DNA of 57,816 bases, the filler included, from Bipalium vagum (lineage: Eukaryota): the NCBI GenBank assembly GCA_037834085.1. It is 3 parts of 3 records of this genome, joined end to end, with 100 filler letters (N's around TTAATTAATTAA, not from the genome) between each part and the next. Parts side by side here need not be neighbours in the genome. Positions count along the whole stretch, not along the records: positions 1 to 18,565 come from JBBMKC010025386.1; positions 18,666 to 39,747 come from JBBMKC010242169.1; 1 more part is not named here. One strand, written 5' to 3'. Position numbers and translations under genes: made by a program. The notes below the pieces were generated by a model. The model was given only the letters and a program-made list of their open reading frames with translations. It was not told the DNA's origin and searched no databases. The stretch's first letter is position 1. Each line of letters starts with the position of its first letter. This document shows, in pieces, positions 13,251 to 26,500 of the stretch.

Positions 13251-16179
13251 CAGCGTTTTTTGACCAGTTACAGTGTCTGATTTAAGACGACGCAGAAAAT
13301 ATTAGGATTCACAAATTGACAAAATCGAAATCTTGATTTTAAATTATTTTTTTTATCCTTGGTTAAAGATTTTTTAATTTGGAAGTCAATATTCCTTATT
13401 CTGGCATAAATAATATTATTTATTATTTATTTACAAATATATGAAAATTATTTTATTTCTCCATTTTTTATTTCTTGAGACAAGCTAAGTAATAATAAAA
13501 ATAACATTGTCATTTTTATTTTAATTTTATTTTGGTTAGATCAATAAAAATATATTTCATAGTTTCACTTTTTTGATCTCTGTATTTTGTATGAGTTTTT
13601 CATAAAACTATTTTTCATAACTGTTGTTTTAGTTATTAATTTATATAATTATTTAAATCTTTAATTTTAATAAAACAAAATTAATTTTAGCAAAAAATAA
13701 AAATTTTAGACAATTCAGAATCGTAATTAATTATTTATTTTTCATAGGTCTCTTTTATTTCTTATTATCTTGTTTTAAATTTATCTTTTAAAAAATAAAA
13801 TTATATTTTAAATTATTGTTATAAAAATTAATCATTAAGGTGAACTGTTTGTTTATTAAATTCAAGCTTTGGTAGAAAAAAATATCATGTTAAAAATTTT
13901 CATTTTAAAAAATTTACACTTAAATCATTACATTTTTCTATTTTTTTTAAATTAATAAACTTTAATTATATAAAATATGTTTTTTCTTAAAGAAATGTTA
14001 ACATTTATAAATATCTCCATTTATCGAAATATGGAAAACATTCTCCATATATTCTTGGATATATAAAATATTGGAAATAGAAAATATAAATATATTTTGA
14101 TATTTTTTTCTTCACAAACAATGATTAAAAATCCCTTGATAATTATCTGATTTAAAACCGAAACAATATCTCACTTTTTCTGAAGGTCATGTCAAATTAG
14201 GACTTCTCTTGAGTGTTCATAATTTATAAAATTGTCCTAGCACCTATATATTATTCTTTCAATTCAAATCTTACGAACTGAGGTCCTTTGACAAGTCTTA
14301 TGTCCTATTCAAAGAAAGGTTAAAATTGTTTTCCATTTCTACCAAAATTATAATTTTCATCAATACTCAGTATATATTTAACAGCAACAAGATTTGTTCG
14401 TAGAAGTTAAAGGGTTTATTTAATAGTTATAAAATCTTTAAAATTTAGACCTTTTTAGGAATTTTTCTCAATCCTTTTTGAATAATTGCAATATTTATAT
14501 TATTTACACAAATAATAATTAAGAATTTCTCTCATTGTTAATTTACTGGTTACATGTTTATAGTCGAGCTCTCCTCCCTTACCAGTGTTTAGTGCAGTAA
14601 AGCATTATTTCAGTAAAGCATTTGCATAAAAAGATTTTCTATTCTGTGAATTGAATAAAATTCCGCACTGTTTACCCATAGAAAGTCAGACAATTTATTC
14701 TACGAATTGAATGGAAAATTACCCTGACTTTATTTTAGTCGTTCCCTTAAATATGAATATTCTTTAATGATTTCTTTACTTTTCTTTCCGATTCTTGTTT
14801 GATTTTTTATTCTGTACATAAATAACAATAATTGGACACATTAAAAAGTGAACAATTAAATTATAATTAATTAAATTATAAATAATCATGTTATTAGGTT
14901 TATTATTTATTATTATATCTATTTATTTTGATTATTAAATCTCATTAATTATCTACTGCAAAAATAATGTTATCATACAGTGTTAATTAAGTACCTGTAC
15001 GACTTTAATGTATAATAAATCTTTGAATATTTAGTTTTGTTTAGCTGAACTATTATCACGTGTAAGTTGAAATGTAATATTTAAAGTTTTAATATAATTA
15101 TTTTTATTTTATTCACAACCGATGTTTTTATTACAAGATTTGAAACGAAGAATCATTAATGCATTTACCCATATGCCAATCGAAGGTCACATAAATTGAA
15201 CGTATATGTCGAAAATCATGAATTGAATGATCAGTAAGAAGAATGTTGAACTTATATTCAGTAAATAAATTCTTAAGAGTTTTCAAATATTTCCAAAATT
15301 TGAATTGAAAACCTCTCAGTTGACCAATTTTTCGAAATAGAAACTGCTAATAAGAAGTAAATGCTTCAAAGCCTAATAAGACTTTGGTAGAAGGGTCTTT
15401 CATAGGCTTTATGTATATCAGTAATTAATGTAAGACAAAGAACAGAATATATCTCTAGAAATTTTTTTTATTGATATTGATTTGTGAAACAATATCCATA
15501 TTTTATCAAAAAAAATAAATAAAAGAAATTGTATTAAATAAGGACGAAGATTAAAGAAAGAATATCAACATGGAGCAACAATTCTTTGAAATCTAAGCGA
15601 CTAACGTTCTCAAATTAATGTTTCATTTCTCGAAAGAACTTTTTAGGAAACAATTTCCGTGATGATCTTAATTATCATCAAATAATCACAGAGAAAGTAA
15701 ATTAATGTTCTCTTCATATCGAGTAAATGAAAAACATGAATCGATGATATTTAGAATTGAAACTCGTAGAATTTCGGGGAATGAAAAAGTCAGCACGGTT
15801 GTAATTGCATCCGTACATTTTTAAAATAAAATAATAATAAAAAGTCTCAAAATTAAAGGAGAAATAATCCAGTGTAAAAAGGTTTTTAAAATATAAATAT
15901 TAATACATTTGTTTAAAAAGGAGACCAGAAAAATGATTATAAATAAAAGTGATTTTTTAAAAATTTCTATTAAACAATATTTACTTAAAGATTTTTGAAA
16001 AAACAGAAAAATCTAATTATTTACAACAAAAAATGAATTTCACCTAAATAAGATGTTTTAACTTGGAATAGGCATTTCGAAAAATAGTTCCCAATAAAAA
16101 ATTATTAAGCACTTATATTTAAGATAAACATACTAGGCATCCAAATAAGTTAGTGCCTTTTGAAAACTCACATTACAAC

Positions 16180-16180
<1 letters not shown>

Positions 16181-16249
<69 letters not shown>
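16181..16249. repeat. (AAT)n microsatellite, ~23 units
   Basis: Directly visible. Confidence 0.98.
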
Positions 16250-16251
<2 letters not shown>

Positions 16252-17029
16252 GTAACTAAACAAATTTTTATTAATTAAAAAATTTTTTTGTCACAATTGA
16301 TATATTTAATCTAAATTTTCAAAAATCGAATTAAGATATATCAGTGTAACTCTGTACTTTCATTGAACAATTTTTATAATGCCATTTGTCCATCGTTAAT
16401 AATTTCTGTAGAAAAAGAACGTCACGAATTTCCTTGGTTATCTAATATATATTATTTGAAATTTATTAAATAATGTTTCTTTGAAAACCCTTCATTTAAA
16501 ATATTTTCAAAAATGAGGATATATTGATTATTTCATATAAAACCAATTTAATGACTCAAGATAATTGTTCCTCAGGACATGAGACAATGTTTATTTCCGA
16601 ATTCAATGACTTTTGGTGCTTTTTCTCCTTTAACAAGTTCATTTCTTAATCTGATTCCCTACAACGCCTTACGGAGAATTTAAAGAATTAATTCAATTGG
16701 TTTTCGCAAATTAAATCTTGAATACGAAAAGAAGGATAGTAGGCATTGGTGCTCTTAAGAATGCTAAGAAGCTAAGTTGGCCTAATTAATCACTGGGGTT
16801 ATTCTTTATTATTTATTAAACATTTGTAAGTAGATTAGGTCTATTGAGCTTTCTTTCAAAAATAACCATGGCATTTTTGACAATATTTTCAGCTTTCAAA
16901 AATAATAAATTTTTATTATTATTTTCACTTTTTCCTGATTTAATTAAAAAATGTATATTGAGCTATCGCAAATATTCTGTAAATTATAATGAACGTTGAT
17001 TTGGATATTTTCAAATTAAAAAAAATCTG

Positions 17030-17196
17030 CTTAAGAAAACTGTTTCATTTTATCGGGGTATTCATCTTTTGCCTGAAAGATGGAAAAAAGTTGTAAATAA
17101 TGATGGAAAATATTTTGATTAATTGCACTGTTATTTGTAATGATATTTATAAAAAAATTTTGTCTTAAAACAATGGAAACTTTTGCGCACCCTTAA
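17030..17196 (+). mobile_element. Mariner 3' end (transposase C-terminus + right TIR)
   Basis: FYRGIHLLPERWKKVVNNDGKYFD* (stop 17120-17122) is the classic mariner C-terminus; followed by TIR-like GGAAACTTTTGCGCACCCTTAAT. Confidence 0.9.
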
Positions 17197-18499
17197 TTAA
17201 AAGTGAAAAATACAATTAATTTTTTCAAAATTCAAATTTTTTGTTATAGAAATAAAATTACGGACATAATAATATTAAAATTAATTAATAATTAAAATTA
17301 ATAATAATAATAATAATAAAATTAATAATTATAGTTATATTTTATTTGAGAATTTTAATAATGTATTTTAATTAGAAAGAAGTTAAAAATTTTAAATATT
17401 TCTAAATTTACGATAATTAAACAAACTTTTAATTTAAAGTTTGCAAAATAAAATGAATATCAGAATTTTATGATTGGTTGAAAAATAAATTGAACCAAAA
17501 TATTAATGTGGTATTTTAATCAAGCTCGATGTCATATTTTAATTAATCATTTATTTAAAATTAATTCAATTAGTTTGCACGAATTAAGTTTTCCAGAAAT
17601 TTTGTGAAAAAATCGATTATTAAAAATTCCATGTAAATAATTATTAATTTATCTTTATTGGGTTTACATGAATTGCTTGGTGTTTAGTCTTGTTATTCCA
17701 TGCTATCATAGTCATTTTTATGATATCTTGTGAAAGTTGATCATTAAAAAGTTAAAAGAACGTGTTTGACAAACCAACCATTACATAATTTTCCAGTGAA
17801 GTGTTTTCGTTAGAGATAAGTCGATACTTGAAGTGGATTATTGGGAAGTCCAAATCCTAAAAATTCTAAAAATCGCTATCCTCTAAAATCTTAGTCTAAA
17901 ATCAGACAGTCTTCTGCATTAAATTATCTGAGTCGTATAGTTCTCATGAATTCTGAGGTGAAATGAAGAACAGAAAAATATCTTCTAATAAATAGGCTGA
18001 ACTAATGATCTCGTTCTTAAAGTGAATAGTTATTATTTTAAATAGTAAATATCAACATGAATAATAATGACAAAATTATACTTAGGCTTCGTGGTACCAG
18101 TTATGAATAAAATTATTCTTTGATGTTTAATTTTTTTTCTAAATTATTAGTCGATTCCACAAAGGCTTATTAATGAAACCTTCGTAATAGAAAACTTCAA
18201 ATCATTTGACTTTATCGAGCTTACTCTCTTATTAAAGTTTTAGGTGATAGAAACACCACAACTTACAGTATTATAACTTACAATATTATAATTATTTAAT
18301 AACATAAAATAATTGTCTTCTATTACATGTATCTCTCTAAGATCGTTCTGCTTTTATAAAATATTGTTCTTTTCCGTTTAATAATCACAGGATTTTCATT
18401 GCTCATTTTCAGGGTTCATATACAATATTCATTAGACGCATTTAACACGTGTAATATTGTTCTAAGATATCTTACATTAATTTTTTTCTACAACTCCGG

Positions 18500-18508
18500 T
18501 TATTATTC

Positions 18509-18553
<45 letters not shown>

Positions 18554-18564
18554 TTATTATTATC
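18500..18564. repeat. Imperfect (TTA)n microsatellite running into a gap
   Basis: Directly visible. Confidence 0.95.
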
Positions 18565-18565
18565 A

Positions 18566-18665
18566 NNNNNNNNNNNNNNNNNNNNNNNNNNNNNNNNNNN
18601 NNNNNNNNNTTAATTAATTAANNNNNNNNNNNNNNNNNNNNNNNNNNNNNNNNNNNNNNNNNNNN
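18566..18665. other. Artificial 100-nt scaffold spacer (N44-TTAATTAATTAA-N44)
   Basis: Symmetric 44 N + 12-mer with stops in all six frames + 44 N; identical structure at 39748-39847. Confidence 0.95.
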
Positions 18666-19376
18666 GATCGTTTCAGCAAGTTGGTGAGCCTGACGGCAGC
18701 AGCAAAAATTGATGATCAATCAATATTCAAAGTCATCATGAATAGTTGGATTTACAAGTTTGGCAAACCCAAGAGTTTCCTGACGGACCGAGGAAAAAAT
18801 TTCGAGAGTTCTTGGTTACACCAAAAATTGAAAGATCAACCACGAATTCATCTCTCCGTATCAACACCAATCCAATGGATTAGTCAAAAGAGTAAAAGAA
18901 CTGTCCGCGATTTGCTGACTACATCTCTTAAGGAAGGTTGTTAAGAAAGAAACTGGTCTGAAATACTTAAAAGAATAGAATTCAGTATCAACACAACTCA
19001 GCAGAGCACTACAAAATTCTCACCGTTCGAAATTGTATTTGAATATAGAGTTAACTTACACTTTGGAAGGAATGGAACTGTCGTTCCAGAAACAGATATC
19101 ACAGCTCAGGTGAAGAAGAATTTAGATTTAGCAGCGGACAAAATGAGTGTTTTTGAGAAGGACAAGAGAGGTCATCGAGAATTCAGAACTGGTGAAGAAG
19201 TGTTAGTAAGAAAGGAACCGCAGAACAGAAAGAAAAATGAATTCCAGTACGAAGGCCCTTATAAGACAATCAATTTTATATCGCCACCAGATCGAACTTA
19301 GTGGTCCAGATGGAAAAAAGGGAATCTAAAATCGAGTGTTTGAAGAAATACCAATAATCTTGCATAACGGAGGAGT
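18666..19376 (+). mobile_element. Ty3/gypsy LTR retrotransposon integrase (3' pol) fragment with polypurine tract
   Basis: WIYKFGKPKSFLTDRGKNFES, frameshifted SPYQHQSNGLVKR, NWSEILKRIEFSINTT...KFSPFEIVF, GEEVLVR...YEGPYK (GPY/F motif); purine tract GGAGGAG at 19369-19375. Confidence 0.93.
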
Positions 19377-19378
19377 TA

Positions 19379-19513
19379 TGTTATTTATTATTGATTTATT
19401 TGAATAAATACTTTTCACCTTCACGTGGTATATTCTCTACTATTATGAAGAACGAATTAACTATCACAATTACAATCACAAACACACAATCGTAAAAGTT
19501 AAATGTCTCTACA
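19379..19513 (+). mobile_element. Putative short 3' LTR of the gypsy element
   Basis: TG(TTAT) starts 3 nt after the polypurine tract; candidate ...TACA end at 19513. The 5' LTR is not visible (gap), so the end is uncertain. Confidence 0.45.
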
Positions 19514-19789
19514 AAATCAAAAATAAAGAATAATAAGAATAAATCAATAATCCAAAATATACATTAATAAATAAAATCAAATGTTTATTCAAAATGTCAA
19601 TAAAATTAAAGGTTAATTTAAACAAAAAAGTAAAAAGGAAAACAATGATACTCTCACCGATCCTGTCGACGACGGGTCCAAAGGGGTATTTGCTGAATCC
19701 AATTCCTAACAGCTCAGGACCCATCGTAAGTTCCTGTCGCATAATTGAGGATATAAATATAATATTCACTGATAAAATGTGGCAGCTTT

Positions 19790-19913
19790 CTTTCGACGAA
19801 AAATTGTTTCTCCTCGACCTAAAATTGCTTCCTTAAAAATTACTTATTCTGACGTACAAATTACTTCCGTAAAAAATGCTTCCGTAAAGATTGCCTTTTT
19901 GACGTACAAATTC
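19790..19913. repeat. Degenerate tandem array of AAATT(G/A)CTT-core units
   Basis: About 7 copies at 15-20 nt spacing; TGACGTACAAATT occurs twice, 50 nt apart. Confidence 0.7.
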
Positions 19914-20515
19914 TACGACTTTTTATGATAATCCACTTTTATTTTTAACTCCATTTTATACTTTTCTGAACAGACGACTTATGAGTCGTAGATCAGTTTG
20001 ATTAATGGGAATGTCTACTCAATTTTTTATATCGTTAATTCTAAATCGGTCCCTCCTTGGGCCCCTGATCTAATCTTGGAAATTTAGCTTCATCATTGTC
20101 AAGATCAGATTCTTTTTGGAAAATTATATATTACCTTTTTTATTATCAATATCCCTTTAATTAAGTTTGTACTTTTTAATTAATTATAATTATCATTTCA
20201 TTATTATTTCATTTCCGACCCTTTTGCTGTCTTAATAATTAATTTTTTAATATTACAAATACTCCAGAAAATGCAATTTGTAATGTAATGATTGGTATAT
20301 ACTAATTTTATATATGTATAAGAAAGTATGGACTGATTTAAAATATTGATATAGAAATTTTTATTTATTGTTATAAAGAACCTTATATTTTAAAATTAGT
20401 AATTAAATTTTATTAGAATTTTAAAATATTAATATTTAATTATTTTGTTTCAATACACACTTAAAAAGCTTATTTATATCTTTATTTATTCTTTGTATTG
20501 ATTTTATAATTTTTA

Positions 20516-23500
20516 ATGTCTGACAAATACTTACAATATGTTGGTAGTTGGATAAAATTAAATTGTAAAACATTTTCTTGCTCTGGGAAGATTGAATCAA
20601 TAAAGCCAGATAAAATTATATTATCAAATTCAACTTTAGGTGACGATATGGTGTCTACCAGATTTATTGGAATTGAGTTAGAAATTATTGAAAGCATATC
20701 AAAATTTATTAATTAATGTAGTGCTCACTTAATTGAAAGTATGGATTTTATACCATCTCCAATTGGCAAAGGTACAGAACATGTTAAAAAAGCTTCATCA
20801 CAACAAGCAGTAAATGTTTATACTTCTGAAAGCCGACCACCTTCAATTCGAAGAGGAGGTCCATCTTCCGCTGTTAGCAGAAATCTTAATAGGCAAAAAT
20901 CTGTTGAAAGTAAGTTTTTAATATTTAGTAAGACATTTTTTTAAAAACAGAAATTCAATTATTAATATAAATAGAAATCATTTCGGTTTCAACTAAAATA
21001 TCTGGAATTTTAATATAATTTAAATTAGAAAAAAATCGAAGCAAAGGCGTGCAAGATTATTATACTAAATACTACTGGTAGAAGATATTCAGGTATTTAA
21101 TGGGATCAAATTAAAGAATAATAGAAATAAATAACTTTTGTATTGTGCATTCAAGTTTTTATTGTTTTATATAGTTCAGTCAAGAGTTAACATTAATATA
21201 TATTTATTGTATAAAATATTTTTACTATTGAACTTTAAAAAAAATCAGATCCTTTTTGAAATTAATATTGTATAATAATCTTCAATAATAAGCTAAGGTG
21301 TTCTATTCTTAAATGTATACTGCATCAATAATTTGAATGAATTAGTTTTATAAAAATTCTTGGTACTATTTACCTTCACTTACACTGTCTGAAAAATTGA
21401 TATATTGATTTTTATTTTACTTAAAGGAAAATAATATTTAATTCTTTAACTACTAATTCAAATCATTCTTTATTGTCAAGTTTATATTTTTAAAAATGAT
21501 TTTCGATATACAAGGGAAAATAATATGAATCTAAACCAGTTCTCAACTTTTATATATACAGAAAAGATGGGAAAAATTCTATAATTAATTTTTTTTATGA
21601 AAAACAGGAACATCAGAATCAAGATATGCAAATCAGTAACAGCACTAAAATCACATTCAGCTAAATATGAATATGGAAATGACAGCAACAATTTCCTTTA
21701 AAATTTGGACATCATAACACAACTATACCATTGATCCTTTCATACTGAACAAAGTTTTCACTGAATCATCATTCTGCAATTCTGAAAATTCTCCTTGGTA
21801 CTGCATTGAAACTGTTATATTCACTAGCAACGGTTGTATCACCCATGATGGCAAATCAATTTGCTTTAAATCAGAAAATCTTTCATTGAAATCAGATGCC
21901 ATAATTTTCAGATCATCAACGATGACAAGCACATCACTTTTTAGCCGATGAAACAGTCCAAAGTTTCTTTTTAGAAATGTGTTTTTGAGTTTGAACATTG
22001 AGTTTTTTTGGACCCTGAAGCTGTTTATTCAACACATTCAATTTTCCGAAAATATCTGCCAAGTAACTGACAAATACTTTACCATAAGTCGTTAGATTTT
22101 TATGTCAGTCTTGTCCCTTAAAAATTCACAAAGAGCATAAAATAGTTCCATGAATCTTTTTAAACAATTCCCCTTCAACAGCTACCTGACCTCAGTGTGA
22201 AGTAAAAGTTTCACATGATCTGCATTCTCATTTGTCATTGTCACTTTATTAATGATTCCATAATATCATTAAGCACAGGAGAAACATTTTTTGCCACTAA
22301 GTTCTCTATGAATAACGTAGTGCACAAGAACCATGTCAGGATTTTATTCTTTCATTAATAGCAGCCAGATTTCTTCCCCAGCATAACCCTTTGCCCCCAT
22401 AAAAAATGAAATTTCCCCCTTGAAGGGGGAATTTTTAAATATACCTATAAAATTTTTAATAAATTTAGAATTTTAAATTTTAAATAGATAAAATCTTGTT
22501 TAGAATTGCCAAAAGTCAGGAATTTGAGCTTTAGCGATTTTAATTGCGAATCAATAAAAAGTAATATTAACAAGAATGTAACGAATGAACCAGCTTGGTT
22601 CCGTTTCTCCCCTGAAGATATGGCTACCGATTTTGATTTCGATAAAAATCTAGCATTATTTGACAAAGGTTCAATAGTAGGAAACAGTAAAAAGTGTTCG
22701 AATGAAAGTTTGCTTTAGCTATTAGTAAATATAATTCAAATTTAATTTTAAACTAGGCTCTGACTCCAGCGATTCAGCCAATGCGAAATTATATCTCAAC
22801 TCTAAGAAAAAAAATCAAATTTTATCAGGCAAAAGTTCGAAGTCGTTATCAATTAATTTTGACCCCGAAGATTTTTCCAACTATGATAATAATAACCATT
22901 TAAAATCACTCTCGGGCCATCTATCCGATTCTTCAGAAATCAATCGAGATATTCTGAGTGCTTTTAAGAACATTGGTGTCATTCCTTCATCGGCCGATTA
23001 TATCAACAAAAAAGAGATAAAATCGACCAATGATCAAAAACTTGCATTTTATCATAATTTTTTTCATCAACCAGGTATGTTTGAACTTGTTTTAGTATTT
23101 TATTATTTTTAATTGAAAATGTATCATCTTTGTAAAGTTATCATTTATAAATTATAATATCATAATAATTTGAAATATTAGGTCAGCCGGAAAGTCCTGT
23201 GGATTTTGATAAAAAAATCCAACAGCTTTAACACCAATTTAAAAAAAAATATTCTCTTCTGTTTAATTACCTTTTGTCATCAGTCTGGTATTTGAAAATA
23301 ATCTTCTGATAGAAATCCTTGCGCCAGTAGAAGTCAACCAATAGCTTTTTGATGGCCTCCTATGAATCACATTTCGTTCAGTTTGCTAAATTCTGGTCGT
23401 TTGGACTCGATATTTATCTTAAGATATGTTAGCTGAGAACAATTTTTTGGAATTGATATTTTGATTTTGTGGTAGGAATTTAAAACGGGTAATTTCCTTT

Positions 23501-26500
23501 AATACTCACATAAAGATAGTAACACTCTTCATGTATAAAGTCCAGATTTTAGCATTTACATAGAAGCTTCATCCGTTTTACTCCAGACCTTTTCTTCGTG
23601 GCATTGTCATATTGGATCTATTTCTCATCTCCAGATGTAATCTGCTTAAAAAAGGAAGATACTCAGAAAAAATTAATTCTTTTCTGTTAATTTATGGGTA
23701 ACTCAATTAACGTAATGGCTAACGAATCTCAATTTTTGTTAATGATTGTGAATGATACTTCGTGTTACTTGTAGAACTGCTAATTCTAAAATATTCAGGT
23801 GAGGATTTTGGGTTATGGTTTTCAGCAAAATATGATCACAGCTCGGTAGGTGTCCAGAATGAGCATGTAAAATAAAGAATCACAGTTTGATAAGAAACAA
23901 TTGGAATGTCGATTACTTTTTGAAATAAAATCTTAAAATTTTTAATATTTTAGATGAAAATTGAAGAGACTCATTCGTCATTTTCTATATATATATGATT
24001 ATAGAAAAAAAATCAATTGTCTCAAACTATTTATCTAGATTATATGATTCACAATATATATGGTGGTGCATTTAAAACGTTCGAAAATAAAACATCAAAA
24101 CTCTGGAAAAAACCATAAATATATTTATTTATTAAACATGGTCATTAAAATATGGAGATTTATGCAAGTTCTGCATCTTGCCAAAAAGTTTTTCATTACC
24201 ACTGTGAGCATTTCTTTTGGAATCTTGCGGATTGCATCTCTGATAGCATCTTTTAAGTCTGTGATGTTTTGCGGGTTGGTTTGATAGACCTTTTCCTTGC
24301 AATAGCCCCACAAAAAGAAATCCTGAGCTGTCAAGTCTGGCGATCTGGGTGGCCATCTAAAATTATGTGAGAGAGGATGTGATCAGAAAAAATCGTCCTC
24401 AATTATTCCATATCGATCTTTTTGATGTGCAGTGTTGCTTCATCTTGTTAAAACCATATCGTACGAATAGAGATACAACGCCGACACATTTCTGCAAGAA
24501 AAACTGTTGTAATATCTCCATCAGATTGTAAGCCTCATCAGACATGAACAAACGATCTAACAAGGTACTCTCATCTTTTCACAGAACTGGAGACGTAAAC
24601 GGTAGTCAGTTTGCTCTCATTTATTAACTGTTTGTATTTTGTATGGAAATAAATGTAAATCATCATTTAAAATGCGTTGAACATTTCGTCTGCTGATATT
24701 GAGTTGACAAGACAGTTTGGGTGGTGTAAATCTCGGATTTTTTCAATTGTTGCGGCTACTGCAGCGATGTTGTCAGCAATTCGTATGGGACAATTTATAT
24801 TTCTTGGCACATAAGCATTACCCTCACTTTCGAAATGATTAATCACACGCCTAAACGTTGTTGTGCTCGGCGTCTTCCATTTATATTCTCGCCGGATCAA
24901 AATTGGAGAATGGAATTCATAAAACAATTTAATGATTTTGATTTCTGGATCCATAATTATAATGATTTAAATGTTCACACTGTACTTTTAACAAAATGAA
25001 ACATTAAAACAAATATGCCTGCATTGGAATAAATTATCAATTATTACTTTCGAACCTTTTAAATGCGCCACCCTATATATCTCATTGTGAGAAGCAAGTT
25101 AAAGAAAGGTTTCATAAAATCTGTAGAATCATCCTTTGTTATTGCTTAACTTATAAAATATTCATTTTTGGTTATTCAGAGTCTGGTTTTTTACTAAAAT
25201 GAAAATCCTTTTATGAAATCGATTTTAGATGTTATTCCAGTTTATAAAATAATTATTTTCAGATTTAGTTCGTGAAATTGAGCAAAAAAAACTTATTAAG
25301 AATGATGTACTTCGAAGATCGTGCCGATCTTTAATTGTATTAGGCCAGCCCACGATTGATTTCCCAGGATTTTCTGAATTTTGGAATTTAGCTAATGAGT
25401 CTAATATTCCGGTTTTTACAACCAAGCAACGTGACATTTTGTTTGAGACTGCAAGTCAGTTAGGAATTGAAAATAACAGCATTTGTGAAACCATTGGATC
25501 AACAATTGGTGAATTCGTTTTTGTTCAAGTTGAACTTCATTCCAGGTTTTTGTTTATTTTATATTATATTTTTTCTAATATTAACTTGTAATAGCCGTTT
25601 ATAAATAAAGCATGTGTGCGAAATAACTTATCGACAATAATGTATAATGAAAAATTAAGCTCTTAGATTAAAACAGTAATGTACAGGGTCTTCCAAAAGA
25701 AGCTTTACTTTTAACATATAAAATACTAAGTAGTTTTTGTTTAAATAAACTAATATTTAACATTATTCTAGCTAAACATTTGAAAATTAAATATGGATCG
25801 TTATAATATGCAACAACGGGCAGAAATTGTCAAAATATTTTATCAAAGCGGTAGTTCATTTTCAGTAACCGCTAAAAAATTAAAGGCAAAATTTTGGAAA
25901 AACAAATGTCCATCAAAACCAACAATTTTGAAGCATTTGGTTCGGTAGCAGATAGACCAACATCTGGACGACCTCGTTCTGCGTGTATACCTGAAAATAT
26001 TGCAAGTACTCGAGAAAGCATTGAAGACAATAAATGCACCTCAATCAGTCACAGGAATTAAATTTCTCAAAATCCAGTTTGTCGCGGATAATGCATGTAG
26101 ATATACATATACATTCTTGATTGCATTTTGATAAAACTCCAAATATCTGCATTGAATGACACCGTTTTCAAGAAAGTTTGTTTTGAAAAGAAAAACATCA
26201 ATATGCTTAAACAGATGATAATCTGTTGAAAGATCCGAGGAATTTAATGCCATTTTGTAAAGTCATTTCATAAATATATGGATTATCGTTAAGCACAATT
26301 GTCCCTCTTTAGATTTATCAGCCCCGACTATTTGTTAATCAACTTTCTGTACATTTTCTGATATAAGATTGTACAGTAATATTTTCACCAGATTATAAGA
26401 AATTATAATGAATCTAAGTGGCTACAGGCTATCAAACAGTTATATTTTTTTGGTGAGTGCTTGGTTTATGTATCAGTTTGGGTTGTTCGTCGTCGATTAT

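Noticed and set aside
8600-16800. Patches of coding-like composition (e.g. 9240-9600, 10480-11090, 15100-15800, 16530-16800)
   Set aside because: No motif or splice-consistent ORF recognised; probably old repeats, but unassignable without database searches.
18399-18617. Poly-Tyr ORF (also poly-Ile ORF 50898-51143 and ORF 4260-4445)
   Set aside because: The first two are kept open by (TAT/ATT)n microsatellites or N runs; 4260-4445 ends in AAT-rich low-complexity sequence and has no recognisable domain.
19790-19913. Repeat array as CRISPR-like
   Set aside because: Units are degenerate and abutting with no unique spacers; eukaryotic context, no cas genes.
20694-20721. 28-nt GC-AG intron in EDC3
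   Set aside because: Gives an immediate stop; the 45-nt GT-AG intron from 20677 preserves the frame.
20482-25437. Minus-strand ORFs 20482-20697, 22445-22666 and 25225-25437
   Set aside because: Antisense shadows of EDC3 exons.
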